A stretch of 32,000 bases of DNA from assembly GCA_018266355.1 (NCBI GenBank), contig JAFEAP010000005.1, positions 212,546 to 244,545 on the forward strand, read 5' to 3'. This document shows positions 1 to 8,200 of this stretch, piece after piece. How positions within the stretch are numbered: the stretch's first letter is position 1; each line of letters opens with the position of its first letter. Origin of the DNA: Bdellovibrionales bacterium. GTDB taxonomy: Bacteria; Bdellovibrionota; UBA1018. The position numbers and the translations under genes are program-made. The notes beneath the pieces were generated by a model that was not told where the DNA came from, searched no databases, and saw only the letters and a program-made list of their open reading frames with translations.

Positions 1-772
1 CGCCCAAGCCGCCTTTCGCGGCTTTCGCGGCCTTCCCCTCGCCCTTCACCCGCTTGAGGAAAAGCACGAAGAGACCGAACATCCCGAGGACGAAAAGCAT
101 CACCCCGATCGAGCGGAACGGGCTCGGGAGCGGCTTCCCGCCGGCGAGCGGCTCGCGCTTGCCGGACGGCGACCGGACGGCCTCCTTCGCGTCGGACTTG
201 GATTCGGATTTTTCGGCGGCCTTCGCGGCCGCCTTCTCGGCGTTCTTCTCGCGTTCGGCGGAAGCGATGCGCTCGAGGAGTTCCTTTTGCTCGGCTTCCT
301 TCGCTAGGTTCGCGCCGGTCTGCTCGACGCTCTTCTCGGGAGCGGAAACGGTACGGAGCGCGCTCGCGGTCGTCGTCGCGACCTGGTCGGTCTTCGCGCC
401 GACGAGCCGGAGGGTGATCGTCTTACCGGAGATCTTCACCTGGAGGCGGTTCGCGTAGGACTGGGCGTCGCCTTTCACCGTGAAGCGGGCCCGGACGAGG
501 GCGGGCGAGTATTGGTAGGCGAAGACTTTCGTGAGTTCCGATCCCGAGACCATCGAGACCTTCGCCGGGTAGACCGACGTGTTCGAAAGGGAGAGCTGGA
601 TGTTGTCCCGGACGAATTCGGTCTTCACCTGGGAAGGATCGATCTTCCCGTCGAAAAGCAGTTCGATCGAACCGCCTTCGGCGACGTTCACCTTCTTCAG
701 GTTCACCGCGGCTCGCGCCATCCCCGGAAGGAGGGCTAGGCCGATAGCGATAAGCGAGAGTTTCTTAAGCAT
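1..772 (-). CDS. FliO/FliZ-like flagellar export accessory protein with a large periplasmic N-terminal domain (partial; C-terminus lies beyond the window start)
   Basis: Absent from the ORF track because it runs off the edge. My translation starts at ATG 772-770 (AAGGAAG RBS upstream): MLKKLSLIAIGLALLPGMARA/AVNLKKVNVAEGGSIELLFDGKIDPSQVKTEF... It shows a signal peptide, a ~190-aa soluble region, an Ala/Lys/Glu linker, then TM helix FRSIGVMLFVLGMFGLFVLFLKRVK. No stop before position 1. The position right after fliN matches fliO/fliZ. Confidence 0.6.
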   Translation of the reverse strand, partial: MLKKLSLIAIGLALLPGMARAAVNLKKVNVAEGGSIELLFDGKIDPSQVKTEFVRDNIQLSLSNTSVYPAKVSMVSGSELTKVFAYQYSPALVRARFTVKGDAQSYANRLQVKISGKTITLRLVGAKTDQVATTTASALRTVSAPEKSVEQTGANLAKEAEQKELLERIASAEREKNAEKAAAKAAEKSESKSDAKEAVRSPSGKREPLAGGKPLPSPFRSIGVMLFVLGMFGLFVLFLKRVKGEGKAAKAAKGGLG

Positions 773-842
773 CCTTGCTTCCTTTGCTCCGCGTCCTTCC
801 TGGACGCGGGAGAGTCACTGCACGATAAAGTCGATTCGAGGA

Positions 843-1184
843 TTACTTCAGCTGTTCGATGCGCTCGACCGGACTGATGATGTCGGTCAGGCGGATCCCG
901 AACTTCTCGTTCACGACGACGACTTCGCCGCGGGCGATGAGCTTGTCGTTCACGAGGACTTCGAGCGGTTCGCCGGCGAACTTCGTGAGTTCGACGACGG
1001 ATCCCTGCGCGAGCTGGAGGATTTCCCGGACGGCCATCCGCGAACGACCGAGCTCGACGGTGAGCTTAAGCGGTACGTCGAGGATGAAGTCGAGCGACTG
1101 GACGGGCGGCTGCGGGCCCCGGTTCGTCTGGGTGTTCGCGGCCGGATTCACATTCTGGTTCGTGGCGGCTTCGGTCATGGTCAT
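843..1184 (-). CDS. fliN: Flagellar motor switch protein FliN
   Basis: 113 aa. C-terminal SpoA/FliN-type domain (LDVPLKLTVELGRSRMAVREILQLAQGSVVELTKFAGEPLEVLVNDKLIARGEVVVVNEKFGIRLTDI). Lies directly after fliM. Confidence 0.9.
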   Translation of the reverse strand: MTMTEAATNQNVNPAANTQTNRGPQPPVQSLDFILDVPLKLTVELGRSRMAVREILQLAQGSVVELTKFAGEPLEVLVNDKLIARGEVVVVNEKFGIRLTDIISPVERIEQLK

Positions 1185-1190
1185 ACTCCT

Positions 1191-2222
1191 TTATTCTTCG
1201 ATTTCACGCGTGAGTTGGATGGCCCGGTTTCCGCGGGATACCCCGAAGAAACATTTGAATTTCGAAACATCCTCGATGAGCACGTCGAGTTCCCCGTCGG
1301 CATCCTGGCCGAGCGGGATGATGTCGCCGACCTGGAGGTTCACGAGGTCGCCGACCGTGATGGTCGCGGCGCCGAGGTTCACCTTCAGGTTCGCTTCGAC
1401 TTGTTTCATGTGCTCCGTCATCTTCAGGAGCCATTCCTTGTCGGACTTGTCGCCTTCCGTCTGGAAGGAGGCGTTCAGCTTCGACTTGATCGGCTCGAGC
1501 GTCGAGTACGGGACGACCAGGGCGATCGTTCCGGTCGCGTTCTCGAGCTCGACTTCGAACGTCGTGGAGATGATCACGTCGGACGGCGGGACGACCCCGA
1601 CGAACTGCGGGTTCACTTCGGTCCGGATGAAGGAGATCTTCGACTCGTGGACCGGGGCCCAAGCTTCCTCGAGATCCGAGATCGCGAGGTCCATCACCTT
1701 CTGCATGAGCGAAAGCTCGATGCGCGTGAATTCCTTCCCTTCGATCTTCGTGAACGGACGGTCGGTGCCGCCGAAGAACGAATCGATAAGGGCGTAAGCG
1801 AGCTTCGATTCGAACACGAGAAGCGCCGGTCCCTTCAGGGCCTCGAAACGCATGATGCACATGCAGCTCGGGATCGGCAGCGTGTTCACGAACTCGCCGA
1901 ATTTGAGCAGATCGGTCGAGATGATCGAGATCGAGGCGAATTTCCGGAGCGCGTTCGAGAGCGAGATCCGGTAGAGGCGGATGAAGCGCTCATAAATGAT
2001 GTCGAGCGTCGGCATCCGACCGCGGATGACGCGGTCTTGGTTCGTGAGATCGTACGGAGTGATCTCGGAGTCGGGAATCCCGCCGGCCCATCCGCCCGCG
2101 TTTACGACCGGCGTTTCGCCCGCGCCCGCGGCGGCCGGAGGCGCGGTCTCGACCTTGCCTTCGCTGACCGCGTTTAGGAGCGCGTCGACTTCGGATTGAC
2201 TGAGTACTTGTCCACCACTCAT
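1191..2222 (-). CDS. fliM: Flagellar motor switch protein FliM
   Basis: 343 aa. N-terminal LSQSEVDALL motif (CheY-P binding type), a FliM middle domain and a C-terminal FliN-like domain. Synteny fliL-fliM-fliN. Confidence 0.95.
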   Translation of the reverse strand: MSGGQVLSQSEVDALLNAVSEGKVETAPPAAAGAGETPVVNAGGWAGGIPDSEITPYDLTNQDRVIRGRMPTLDIIYERFIRLYRISLSNALRKFASISIISTDLLKFGEFVNTLPIPSCMCIMRFEALKGPALLVFESKLAYALIDSFFGGTDRPFTKIEGKEFTRIELSLMQKVMDLAISDLEEAWAPVHESKISFIRTEVNPQFVGVVPPSDVIISTTFEVELENATGTIALVVPYSTLEPIKSKLNASFQTEGDKSDKEWLLKMTEHMKQVEANLKVNLGAATITVGDLVNLQVGDIIPLGQDADGELDVLIEDVSKFKCFFGVSRGNRAIQLTREIEE

Positions 2223-2248
2223 GGGTGCCTTCCTTGGCTGGCTCGGTT

Positions 2249-2869
2249 TTACCCGGTTACTGCGAAATTGGTGAAATACACGCCTTTCACCTTCCCGTTC
2301 GTCATGAACGAGTTGAGCGCGTTACGGATCTCTTCCTTGAGATACTCCCGCTGCTCGGCGCTGACTAAATCGTTCGGCCGTTTCGAATTGAACAAATCGA
2401 TGATCGCGTTCCGGACCTGCGGCATCTTCGCCTGGACTTCTTTTTCCACCTCGTCCGTGCCGAGCTCGAGCGCGATATTCACGCGGACGAATTTCTGCGC
2501 GGTGCCGCCCGGGGTCGCGAGATTGACCGTGAACTGCTCGAGCGGGATCGTGCGCGCGTCGTTCGACGCTTTCTTCGATTCGCCGCCGTGTCCGCCGCCG
2601 TGCTCGCCGCCGCCGTGCTCTTCGCTCTTGGCTTCGCCGTGTCCGCCGCCGTGCTCTTCTTTTTTCTCTTCACCGTGCGCGTTTTCCGCGCTCGGTTGGA
2701 TATCGCCGAGCTGGGGCGCGGCGTTCTGTTTCTTGTGCGCGACGAGTAGCGCGCCGATCGTCCCGAGACAAATCAGGAGATTCACGATCGTGATGATCGT
2801 CACGATTTTCGATCCGCCTCCTCCGGAAGCGGGTGCCGCGGGCGCGGCCGCTTTTGCGTCTTCAGCCAT
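2249..2869 (-). CDS. fliL: Flagellar basal-body-associated protein FliL, with a His/Gly-rich membrane-proximal insert
   Basis: 206 aa. Single TM helix (IVTIITIVNLLICLGTIGALLV). C-terminal FliL-type region (FTVNLATPGG..KFVRVNIALELG...LKEEIRNALNSF). GGAGG RBS. Located between flgE and fliM. Confidence 0.85.
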   Translation of the reverse strand: MAEDAKAAAPAAPASGGGGSKIVTIITIVNLLICLGTIGALLVAHKKQNAAPQLGDIQPSAENAHGEEKKEEHGGGHGEAKSEEHGGGEHGGGHGGESKKASNDARTIPLEQFTVNLATPGGTAQKFVRVNIALELGTDEVEKEVQAKMPQVRNAIIDLFNSKRPNDLVSAEQREYLKEEIRNALNSFMTNGKVKGVYFTNFAVTG

Positions 2870-3023
2870 CGACGGGAAACCCTCCTGGTCCTATCCCCTA
2901 TTGTGCATGGCGGACCGCGGAGTGAGCAAGTCCGAAGCGAGGATGGATGGAGAGGTCGCGGAGACGCGAAAAAATTCTGACGGACGTCCGGCCGAGCTTC
3001 GTCAGGAAACCGACGAAAACCGG

Positions 3024-3066
3024 TAAAAAATCGGCTCGGCGACGGCCGGCGAAGTTCGCCGAGCCG
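3024..3066 (-). terminator. Intrinsic terminator downstream of flgE
   Basis: Perfect 11-bp stem (3032-3042 CGGCTCGGCGA pairs with 3056-3066 TCGCCGAGCCG) and a 13-nt loop. On the minus strand it is followed immediately by ATTTTTTA (3031-3024). It begins 20 nt after the flgE stop. Confidence 0.65.
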
Positions 3067-3085
3067 TCACCGAGCCCGATTAAGA

Positions 3086-4369
3086 TTAAGACCGGCGGAG
3101 GTTCAGGATCTCGTTCATCATCTCGTCCGAGGTCGAGATGACTTTCGAGTTCGCCTGGAAGTTCCGCTGGGCGGTCATCAGGTTGATGAACTCGTTCGCG
3201 ATGTCGGTCGTCGAAGACTCGAGGGTCTTTGCGAGGATCTGACCGCGGCCGCCGGTTTGCGGGGCGCCGACCGTCGGCTGACCCGAGTTCCGGGATTCGC
3301 GGAAGATGTTCTTACCCATCTTGAACAGGCCTTCCGGGTTCTCGAACTTCGCCAGCGCGACTTGCGCGACGTTGACCGATTCTCCGTTGGTGTAGACCGC
3401 GGAGAGAACGCCGTCGTCGTTGAACGAGAGACCGGCGATCGTTCCGGCGGTGTAGCCGTCCTGGAGCGTCTTGTAGGCTTCGGAAGCGGTACCGAACTGC
3501 GTGACGGAAAGACCGTCGCCGCCGTTCTTCTTGTCCTTGCCGAAGTTGAACTTGATCTCCTGGTCCTTCTTCGTCGAACCGATGAAGTTGAACGCGTTCT
3601 TGTCCATCTTCTGCTCGAGGAGCTTGCCGTCTTCGTCGAAGGTCAGCGTGCCCTTCGCTTGCTCGACCATTTCGCCGGCCTTGCCGCCCGGGACTTCTTC
3701 GCCCTTGGACATCGCGCGCCACTCCCACTTGCCGTCGTCCGTTTTGTTGAAGTAACAAGTCACGGTCCGCGGCGTACCGGCGCCGTCGTACACGGTCACG
3801 CCGGTGGCGAAGTGCGAGGTTTTCTCCGGGTTCTTCGGATCGAACTGGAGTTCCTTCTTCGCGCGAAGGTCGAGGTTCATGAACAGCTGCACTTCCTTCG
3901 ACGGTTTCGCGTCGATGACGGTGCGGCTGACGGCGATCGAGCCCATTTTCGAGGTGATCTTCCCGGCTTCGTCGGCCTGGAAGCCCTGGACCTTGTAACC
4001 GTCGGCGTTGATGAGGTTACCGTCCTTGTCGAAGTGGAACGCGCCCGCGCGAGAGTAACCGCGGCCTTCCGGTCCTTCGACGGTGAAGAAGCCGTCGCCT
4101 TGGATCGCGAGGTCGGTGACGGATTCCGTTTGGAGGAGCGAACCCTGGGAGAACACCGGGTTCACGGCCGAGAGCTTCGTTCCGCGGCCGATCTGGTTAC
4201 CGCCCATGATCCCTTTGAGCGATTTCGCCACGACGTCGCTGAACTCCGGACGGGAAACCTTGTAGCCCGTGGTGTTCGCGTTCGCGATGTTGTCGCCGTA
4301 GATCGAGAGCGCCTCGCCTTGACCAGTCAGACCGGTAACGCCCGTGTACATAGACGAAAGAATACCCAT
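3086..4369 (-). CDS. flgE: Flagellar hook protein FlgE
   Basis: 427 aa. N-terminal rod/hook motif (SSMYTGVTGL...IANANTTGYK) and C-terminal LESSTTDIANEFINLMTAQRNFQANSKVISTSDEMMNEILNLRR. GGAGG RBS. Confidence 0.95.
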   Translation of the reverse strand: MGILSSMYTGVTGLTGQGEALSIYGDNIANANTTGYKVSRPEFSDVVAKSLKGIMGGNQIGRGTKLSAVNPVFSQGSLLQTESVTDLAIQGDGFFTVEGPEGRGYSRAGAFHFDKDGNLINADGYKVQGFQADEAGKITSKMGSIAVSRTVIDAKPSKEVQLFMNLDLRAKKELQFDPKNPEKTSHFATGVTVYDGAGTPRTVTCYFNKTDDGKWEWRAMSKGEEVPGGKAGEMVEQAKGTLTFDEDGKLLEQKMDKNAFNFIGSTKKDQEIKFNFGKDKKNGGDGLSVTQFGTASEAYKTLQDGYTAGTIAGLSFNDDGVLSAVYTNGESVNVAQVALAKFENPEGLFKMGKNIFRESRNSGQPTVGAPQTGGRGQILAKTLESSTTDIANEFINLMTAQRNFQANSKVISTSDEMMNEILNLRRS

Positions 4370-4531
4370 GATACGCCTCCTTGCGTGTGATTGGGTACGG
4401 CAGGAGGTACGCTTGCGTCATGCGAGCGTTAAGATCTTCTCGCGAAGGTCTTTTCTTTCGTGGGATTTTTAGGAGGCGAAGTTCAATCGGAACTTCGTGA
4501 GACTTCCCGCAATGGGTCCAGTCGGTTTTCC

Positions 4532-4559
4532 TAATCGGCCCGCGAATCCTGCCGTTTTA
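4532..4559 (-). promoter_or_regulatory. Candidate sigma-28 (FliA/SigD)-type promoter for flgE
   Basis: The minus strand reads TAAA-N16-GCCGATTA (TAAA 4559-4556, GCCGATTA 4539-4532), versus the consensus TAAA-N15-GCCGATAA. It lies ~165 nt upstream of the flgE ATG. Confidence 0.35.
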
Positions 4560-4637
4560 CTTCAAACTACAATCTGCTTTTTTATCGTTCCCCCGGAATC
4601 CCCGAGCATCGCTCGACAACTCCGGACTTCCACTCTC

Positions 4638-5135
4638 TTAGACGATGACCGCACCGTCGATATTCGTAAACACGTTGCCGTTCAGGCTCTGTTTATCCAT
4701 CGCGGTGATCACCGTGCGATTCTTCACGTTCACGATCAGGGCGGCGTCTCCCGTCAGAACCAAGGTGTCCTCGATTCCTTTGGCTTCCGCCTTGTCGACC
4801 GCATCCGTGACCTTCGCCATCGTCGAGGGATCCAGCTGGATCTTCCGCTCCGACAACCGTTGCGACGCGTGCGCCGAGAATTTCAACGGTTGCTTGATCG
4901 CGCCGAGGTCCTTCTTCAGACCGCCGGTGTGATCGAGAGCTTCGATCCCCCCTTTTCCATCCGCTTTACCGACGCTCGGATTTCGCGTCTGGTCCCGGAC
5001 TTCGAGGGTGGAGTCCATGACGTGATCGAAGTCGCTCTTTACGCCTTCCGGTTTCTTCTTTTCCAGCTTCTCGCCTTCGATGCGAGAACCCGGAACGGAA
5101 GTCACGTTCGGGTAAAGGAACGGACGATCTGCCAT
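4638..5135 (-). CDS. Small 'flagellar operon protein' found between flgD and flgE (TIGR02530-like, by recollection)
   Basis: 165 aa. The C-terminal half (LKFSAHASQRLSERKIQLD...VLTGDAALIVNVKNRTVITAMDKQSLNGNVFTNIDGAVIV) resembles the conserved short protein seen between flgD and flgE in Firmicute/spirochaete-type operons. AAAGGAAGAG RBS. Confidence 0.7.
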   Translation of the reverse strand: MADRPFLYPNVTSVPGSRIEGEKLEKKKPEGVKSDFDHVMDSTLEVRDQTRNPSVGKADGKGGIEALDHTGGLKKDLGAIKQPLKFSAHASQRLSERKIQLDPSTMAKVTDAVDKAEAKGIEDTLVLTGDAALIVNVKNRTVITAMDKQSLNGNVFTNIDGAVIV

Positions 5136-5251
5136 TTGGCACTCTTCCTTTCTTGATTTTCAAGAACCCATCGAGGTTTCGCTACTTCCCGCCGCCTCGA
5201 CGCCGAATCGGAGATTCGACTTTTACGAACTGCTTTTACTCGCTGCGAACA

Positions 5252-6421
5252 CTAACCTCTTTGATTATCGCCGGACGAAAAACCGTTTGGGAAGCCTTTT
5301 TCGGCTTCATTTTCACTTTTTTCGGCGGACGGATTTTTCCCCGCGGCAGACTTTGCCGATTCGTATGCTTCGAGCGCCTTGCGCGCTTCCGCGCTCGTGT
5401 TCGCCGGATCGAGGTTCTTCGAGCCGACGCCTTTCTCGAACGAGATCCAATTCCCGTTGAGAGCGCCCTTCGCCGGAGCCGGAGCTTCTCCCTCCGCCGG
5501 CGCAGGAGCCGAACCCGCGAGACCTTGGGATTGGAGCGCGGACGCCATCGAACGCGCGCCCGGAATCGCGCCCGGCGCTTCGCCGCCCGCGGTATCGATG
5601 CGGATCACGTTCCGCATGGTGATCTTCTGCGGGGAATTCGGATTGCCGACGAGGAGCGTGCCTTCCGGCCCTTCGAACGAAACGCCGACGACTTTCGCTT
5701 GGCCCTTCGTCTCCATCGCGATCGGCCGCGAACCTTCGTCGAGGGCCTCGACCTTGAAGATGTAGTTCCCGCCCTTGGTCGACATGCCGTTCGTCTTCGC
5801 TCCGTCCCACACGAACGTCTGTTCGCCGGCCTTCTGCGGGCCGAGGTCCTTTTCGAGGATCGTTTCGCCCTGCTCGCTGATGATCTTGAGTTTCGTCTCC
5901 TTCGACGGACGGGAGAGCGAGTAACCGAGCGAGCTCGTCTCGTTGTCGTTATGGACGAAGCGTTCGCGATCGATGGTGATCGTCTTCCCGATGAGACCGG
6001 TCATCGCGAGGCGCTCGAGCGGCTGGTTCGCGTTCGCCATCTTCGACATGGATTGGTTCATGTTCTGGAGCTGTTCGACGCTCGCGAACTGGGCCATCTG
6101 GGTGGCCATCTCCTCGGCCTTGAACGGGCTCGTCGGATCCTGGTTCTTCATCTGGGTGATCATGATCCGCAGGAAGTCGTCCTTCCCGAGGGTTTTTTTG
6201 ATCTCGCGCGGCTTCTCCGCTTTCGCGCCGTACTGGGTCTGGATCTGTTTCCAGAGGTCGCCGAATTTCTCGGTCGCGGCCGATTCCTTCGAGTCCTTCT
6301 GGTTGTTCAGCAGACCGCCTTCGCCGCCCGACGTCTCGAGCGGATGGTCGTTATGCACGGAAGCGTCGACTCCGCGAAGAGCCGCCGCGCCTTTCATGTT
6401 CGTGCCGCTGATACCTTGCAT
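5252..6421 (-). CDS. flgD: Flagellar hook assembly/capping protein FlgD with a long low-complexity C-terminal extension
   Basis: 389 aa. FlgD signature DFLRIMITQMKNQDPTSPFKAEEMATQMAQFASVEQL, followed by a beta-rich FlgD Ig-like region. AGGAG RBS. Confidence 0.9.
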   Translation of the reverse strand: MQGISGTNMKGAAALRGVDASVHNDHPLETSGGEGGLLNNQKDSKESAATEKFGDLWKQIQTQYGAKAEKPREIKKTLGKDDFLRIMITQMKNQDPTSPFKAEEMATQMAQFASVEQLQNMNQSMSKMANANQPLERLAMTGLIGKTITIDRERFVHNDNETSSLGYSLSRPSKETKLKIISEQGETILEKDLGPQKAGEQTFVWDGAKTNGMSTKGGNYIFKVEALDEGSRPIAMETKGQAKVVGVSFEGPEGTLLVGNPNSPQKITMRNVIRIDTAGGEAPGAIPGARSMASALQSQGLAGSAPAPAEGEAPAPAKGALNGNWISFEKGVGSKNLDPANTSAEARKALEAYESAKSAAGKNPSAEKSENEAEKGFPNGFSSGDNQRG

Positions 6422-6520
6422 CGAAAAACTCCTGTGAAACTTCGAAGGGACCGACCGAAGTCGTGAACTTTCCGGTACTGCGAACCGCGGGAGAGCATCG
6501 CTCCCCCGCGGTCCCTAAAA

Positions 6521-8200
6521 TCAGGCCATCACGTCGAGTCGGGACGAGGATGCCGCGCGAGCGGAACCCCCGGCCGAGCCCATCGCGGCGATCCGCGCGG
6601 AAGCTCCGCGCGAGACGGAGCGGTCGTCGCCGGAATCCGCGGAACGCGAGGAGCGACCCTCGTTTCCGGAATAGCCGTCGAACGCCGCGCGCTGCTGGTT
6701 CGCCGATTGGTCGAAGCCCGAGAACGCGTGCTGCCCGTGCGAGTGCTGCGAGCCCTGACCGAGGTCAGAGGCGTTCGCCGCCGCCGGAGCGAGCGTCACG
6801 TCCACGCGTCCGAGCGAGAGACTCTGGCTCGCGAGCGAATCCCGAAGGGAGCTTAAGCTCTCCTCGATGATCTTCTTCGCGGCCGGGTCGTTCGCCTGGA
6901 CTTTCAGGCCGACGTCCTTCCCGTCGGTGGAGACGCGGATCATGAGCTCGCCGAGATTACCCGGATTGAGCTTGATCCGCATTTCGCCGCCTCCGGCGCC
7001 GGACATGTTCGCGATGCCGTTCGAGACGTTGCGAAGCGATTCCGAAGTGAGGCGATCCCGCATCATCGAACCCGGGACGACGTGTCCCGTGATCGTTTGC
7101 GGCATCATCGCTCCGTTCGACTCGCCCGGACGGACGGCCGCGGTGAGCGGCATCCCGTTCGGATAGAACGTGTCGGTTTGGAGCTTCGGCTCGTCCTTCG
7201 CGAGGCGCAAGCCTCCCTCGAGACGACCCCCCTCCGACTTCCCGCCCGCGGCCAAGCCGCCCGGCAGGACTTCGAGGTTCGGTTTCGCACCCAGCGCGGA
7301 GCGATCGGCCGGCGCGGACGGAACGGCGAGCGTCTCCATCGCGGAGACGTTCGGCACGCCCGCGAGGGCCTGCGGATTCCGGCCGTTCGACCGTCCTCCG
7401 AGACCGCCGTTCAGCGACTTGCCCGTCGCCTCCGGCCGAGACGCGCCTTGGAGAGCGGAGAGATACTCCGCGCCCCCGAACACGTTCGCCTTCGCCTGCA
7501 CCGGATTTCCGTTCGCATCGACCGGGGTTTCCCCCGGGCGATCCGCGCGGACGCCTTCGAGCTCCCCGCCTAACGCCGCGATCGCGGAATCGATGTCGTG
7601 CAACGTCGATTCGGCCGCTTGTTTCAGCTGTGATTCGTCCCCTCCCTTGGCCTTCGTCGCCTCGACGAGCTTCTTCAGCTGATCGAGCGAGATCTCCCCT
7701 TTCGTCAGGGGAGTCGGCTTTCCTCCGGAGGCTCGACTCGCGGCGATTTCCTCGGGCGACGGCATGTCAGCCGCGCCGAAGACCCATCGAGAGCCCCACG
7801 GTTGATCGGGTCCAGCGACGAACGCACTGGCCATCGGGCCATTCGCGCTCTTTTCGTTCTGAGCCTGAAACAGCGACGCCACCGTCGGGGCCGGAGCCCC
7901 GCCGGACGCATTCGCGGCGGCGGCCGCGGTAGCTTTTCCTTTCGTCGAGAGCGCCACTTGGTCGGCGAGTTTTTCGGCGTGAGCCTTCAACTCGTCGATC
8001 CCCTTCCCGGCCACCTTCGGATCGGTTTTCGCCGCGGCGACTTGGGCGCCCAAAGTCGTGGCGAGGGCGCCGTCGAACGACGACTCCTCCCCGGGGACTT
8101 TCTTCTTAGCGCTTTTCGTTACCTGCGGGTTCCCGTCCGAGAGCTGGCTCGGGCTGTCGGCGTTCGACAGCGTCGGTACTAGATTGTTTGAGATTTCCAT
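6521..8200 (-). CDS. fliK: Flagellar hook-length control protein FliK
   Basis: C-terminal Flg_hook-type region (MRIKLNPGNLGELMIRVSTDGKDVGLKVQANDPAAKKIIEESLSSLRDSLASQSLSLGRVDV) after a long Ala/Gly/Pro-rich N-terminal part. I prefer ATG 8200 (GGGAGGTG RBS 6 nt upstream) over the track's GTG at 8209. Confidence 0.85.
   Translation of the reverse strand: MEISNNLVPTLSNADSPSQLSDGNPQVTKSAKKKVPGEESSFDGALATTLGAQVAAAKTDPKVAGKGIDELKAHAEKLADQVALSTKGKATAAAAANASGGAPAPTVASLFQAQNEKSANGPMASAFVAGPDQPWGSRWVFGAADMPSPEEIAASRASGGKPTPLTKGEISLDQLKKLVEATKAKGGDESQLKQAAESTLHDIDSAIAALGGELEGVRADRPGETPVDANGNPVQAKANVFGGAEYLSALQGASRPEATGKSLNGGLGGRSNGRNPQALAGVPNVSAMETLAVPSAPADRSALGAKPNLEVLPGGLAAGGKSEGGRLEGGLRLAKDEPKLQTDTFYPNGMPLTAAVRPGESNGAMMPQTITGHVVPGSMMRDRLTSESLRNVSNGIANMSGAGGGEMRIKLNPGNLGELMIRVSTDGKDVGLKVQANDPAAKKIIEESLSSLRDSLASQSLSLGRVDVTLAPAAANASDLGQGSQHSHGQHAFSGFDQSANQQRAAFDGYSGNEGRSSRSADSGDDRSVSRGASARIAAMGSAGGSARAASSSRLDVMA

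Noticed and set aside
579-2177. 532-aa plus-strand ORF antisense to fliN/fliM. Similar long antisense ORFs occur at 3257-4390, 5153-6466, 15218-16225, 19299-21839 (846 aa) and 30531-31844.
   Set aside because: Each lies exactly opposite a gene with unmistakable family motifs. Their translations are Arg/Asp/Gly/Val/Glu-rich low-complexity strings, typical of shadow frames in GC-rich DNA. None has an RBS or a recognisable motif.
5136-5152. TTGGCAC on the plus strand, which looks like a sigma-54 -24 element.
   Set aside because: The -12 position reads CTTT, with no GC. The motif is on the strand with no downstream gene, and it simply overlaps the reverse complement of the RBS/ATG of the 4638-5135 gene.
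6484-6512. GC-rich bulged hairpin 9 nt after the fliK stop, considered as a terminator.
   Set aside because: No T-tract follows on the minus strand, and flgD starts 60 nt later with its own RBS. It is more likely an intercistronic stabilising structure than a terminator.
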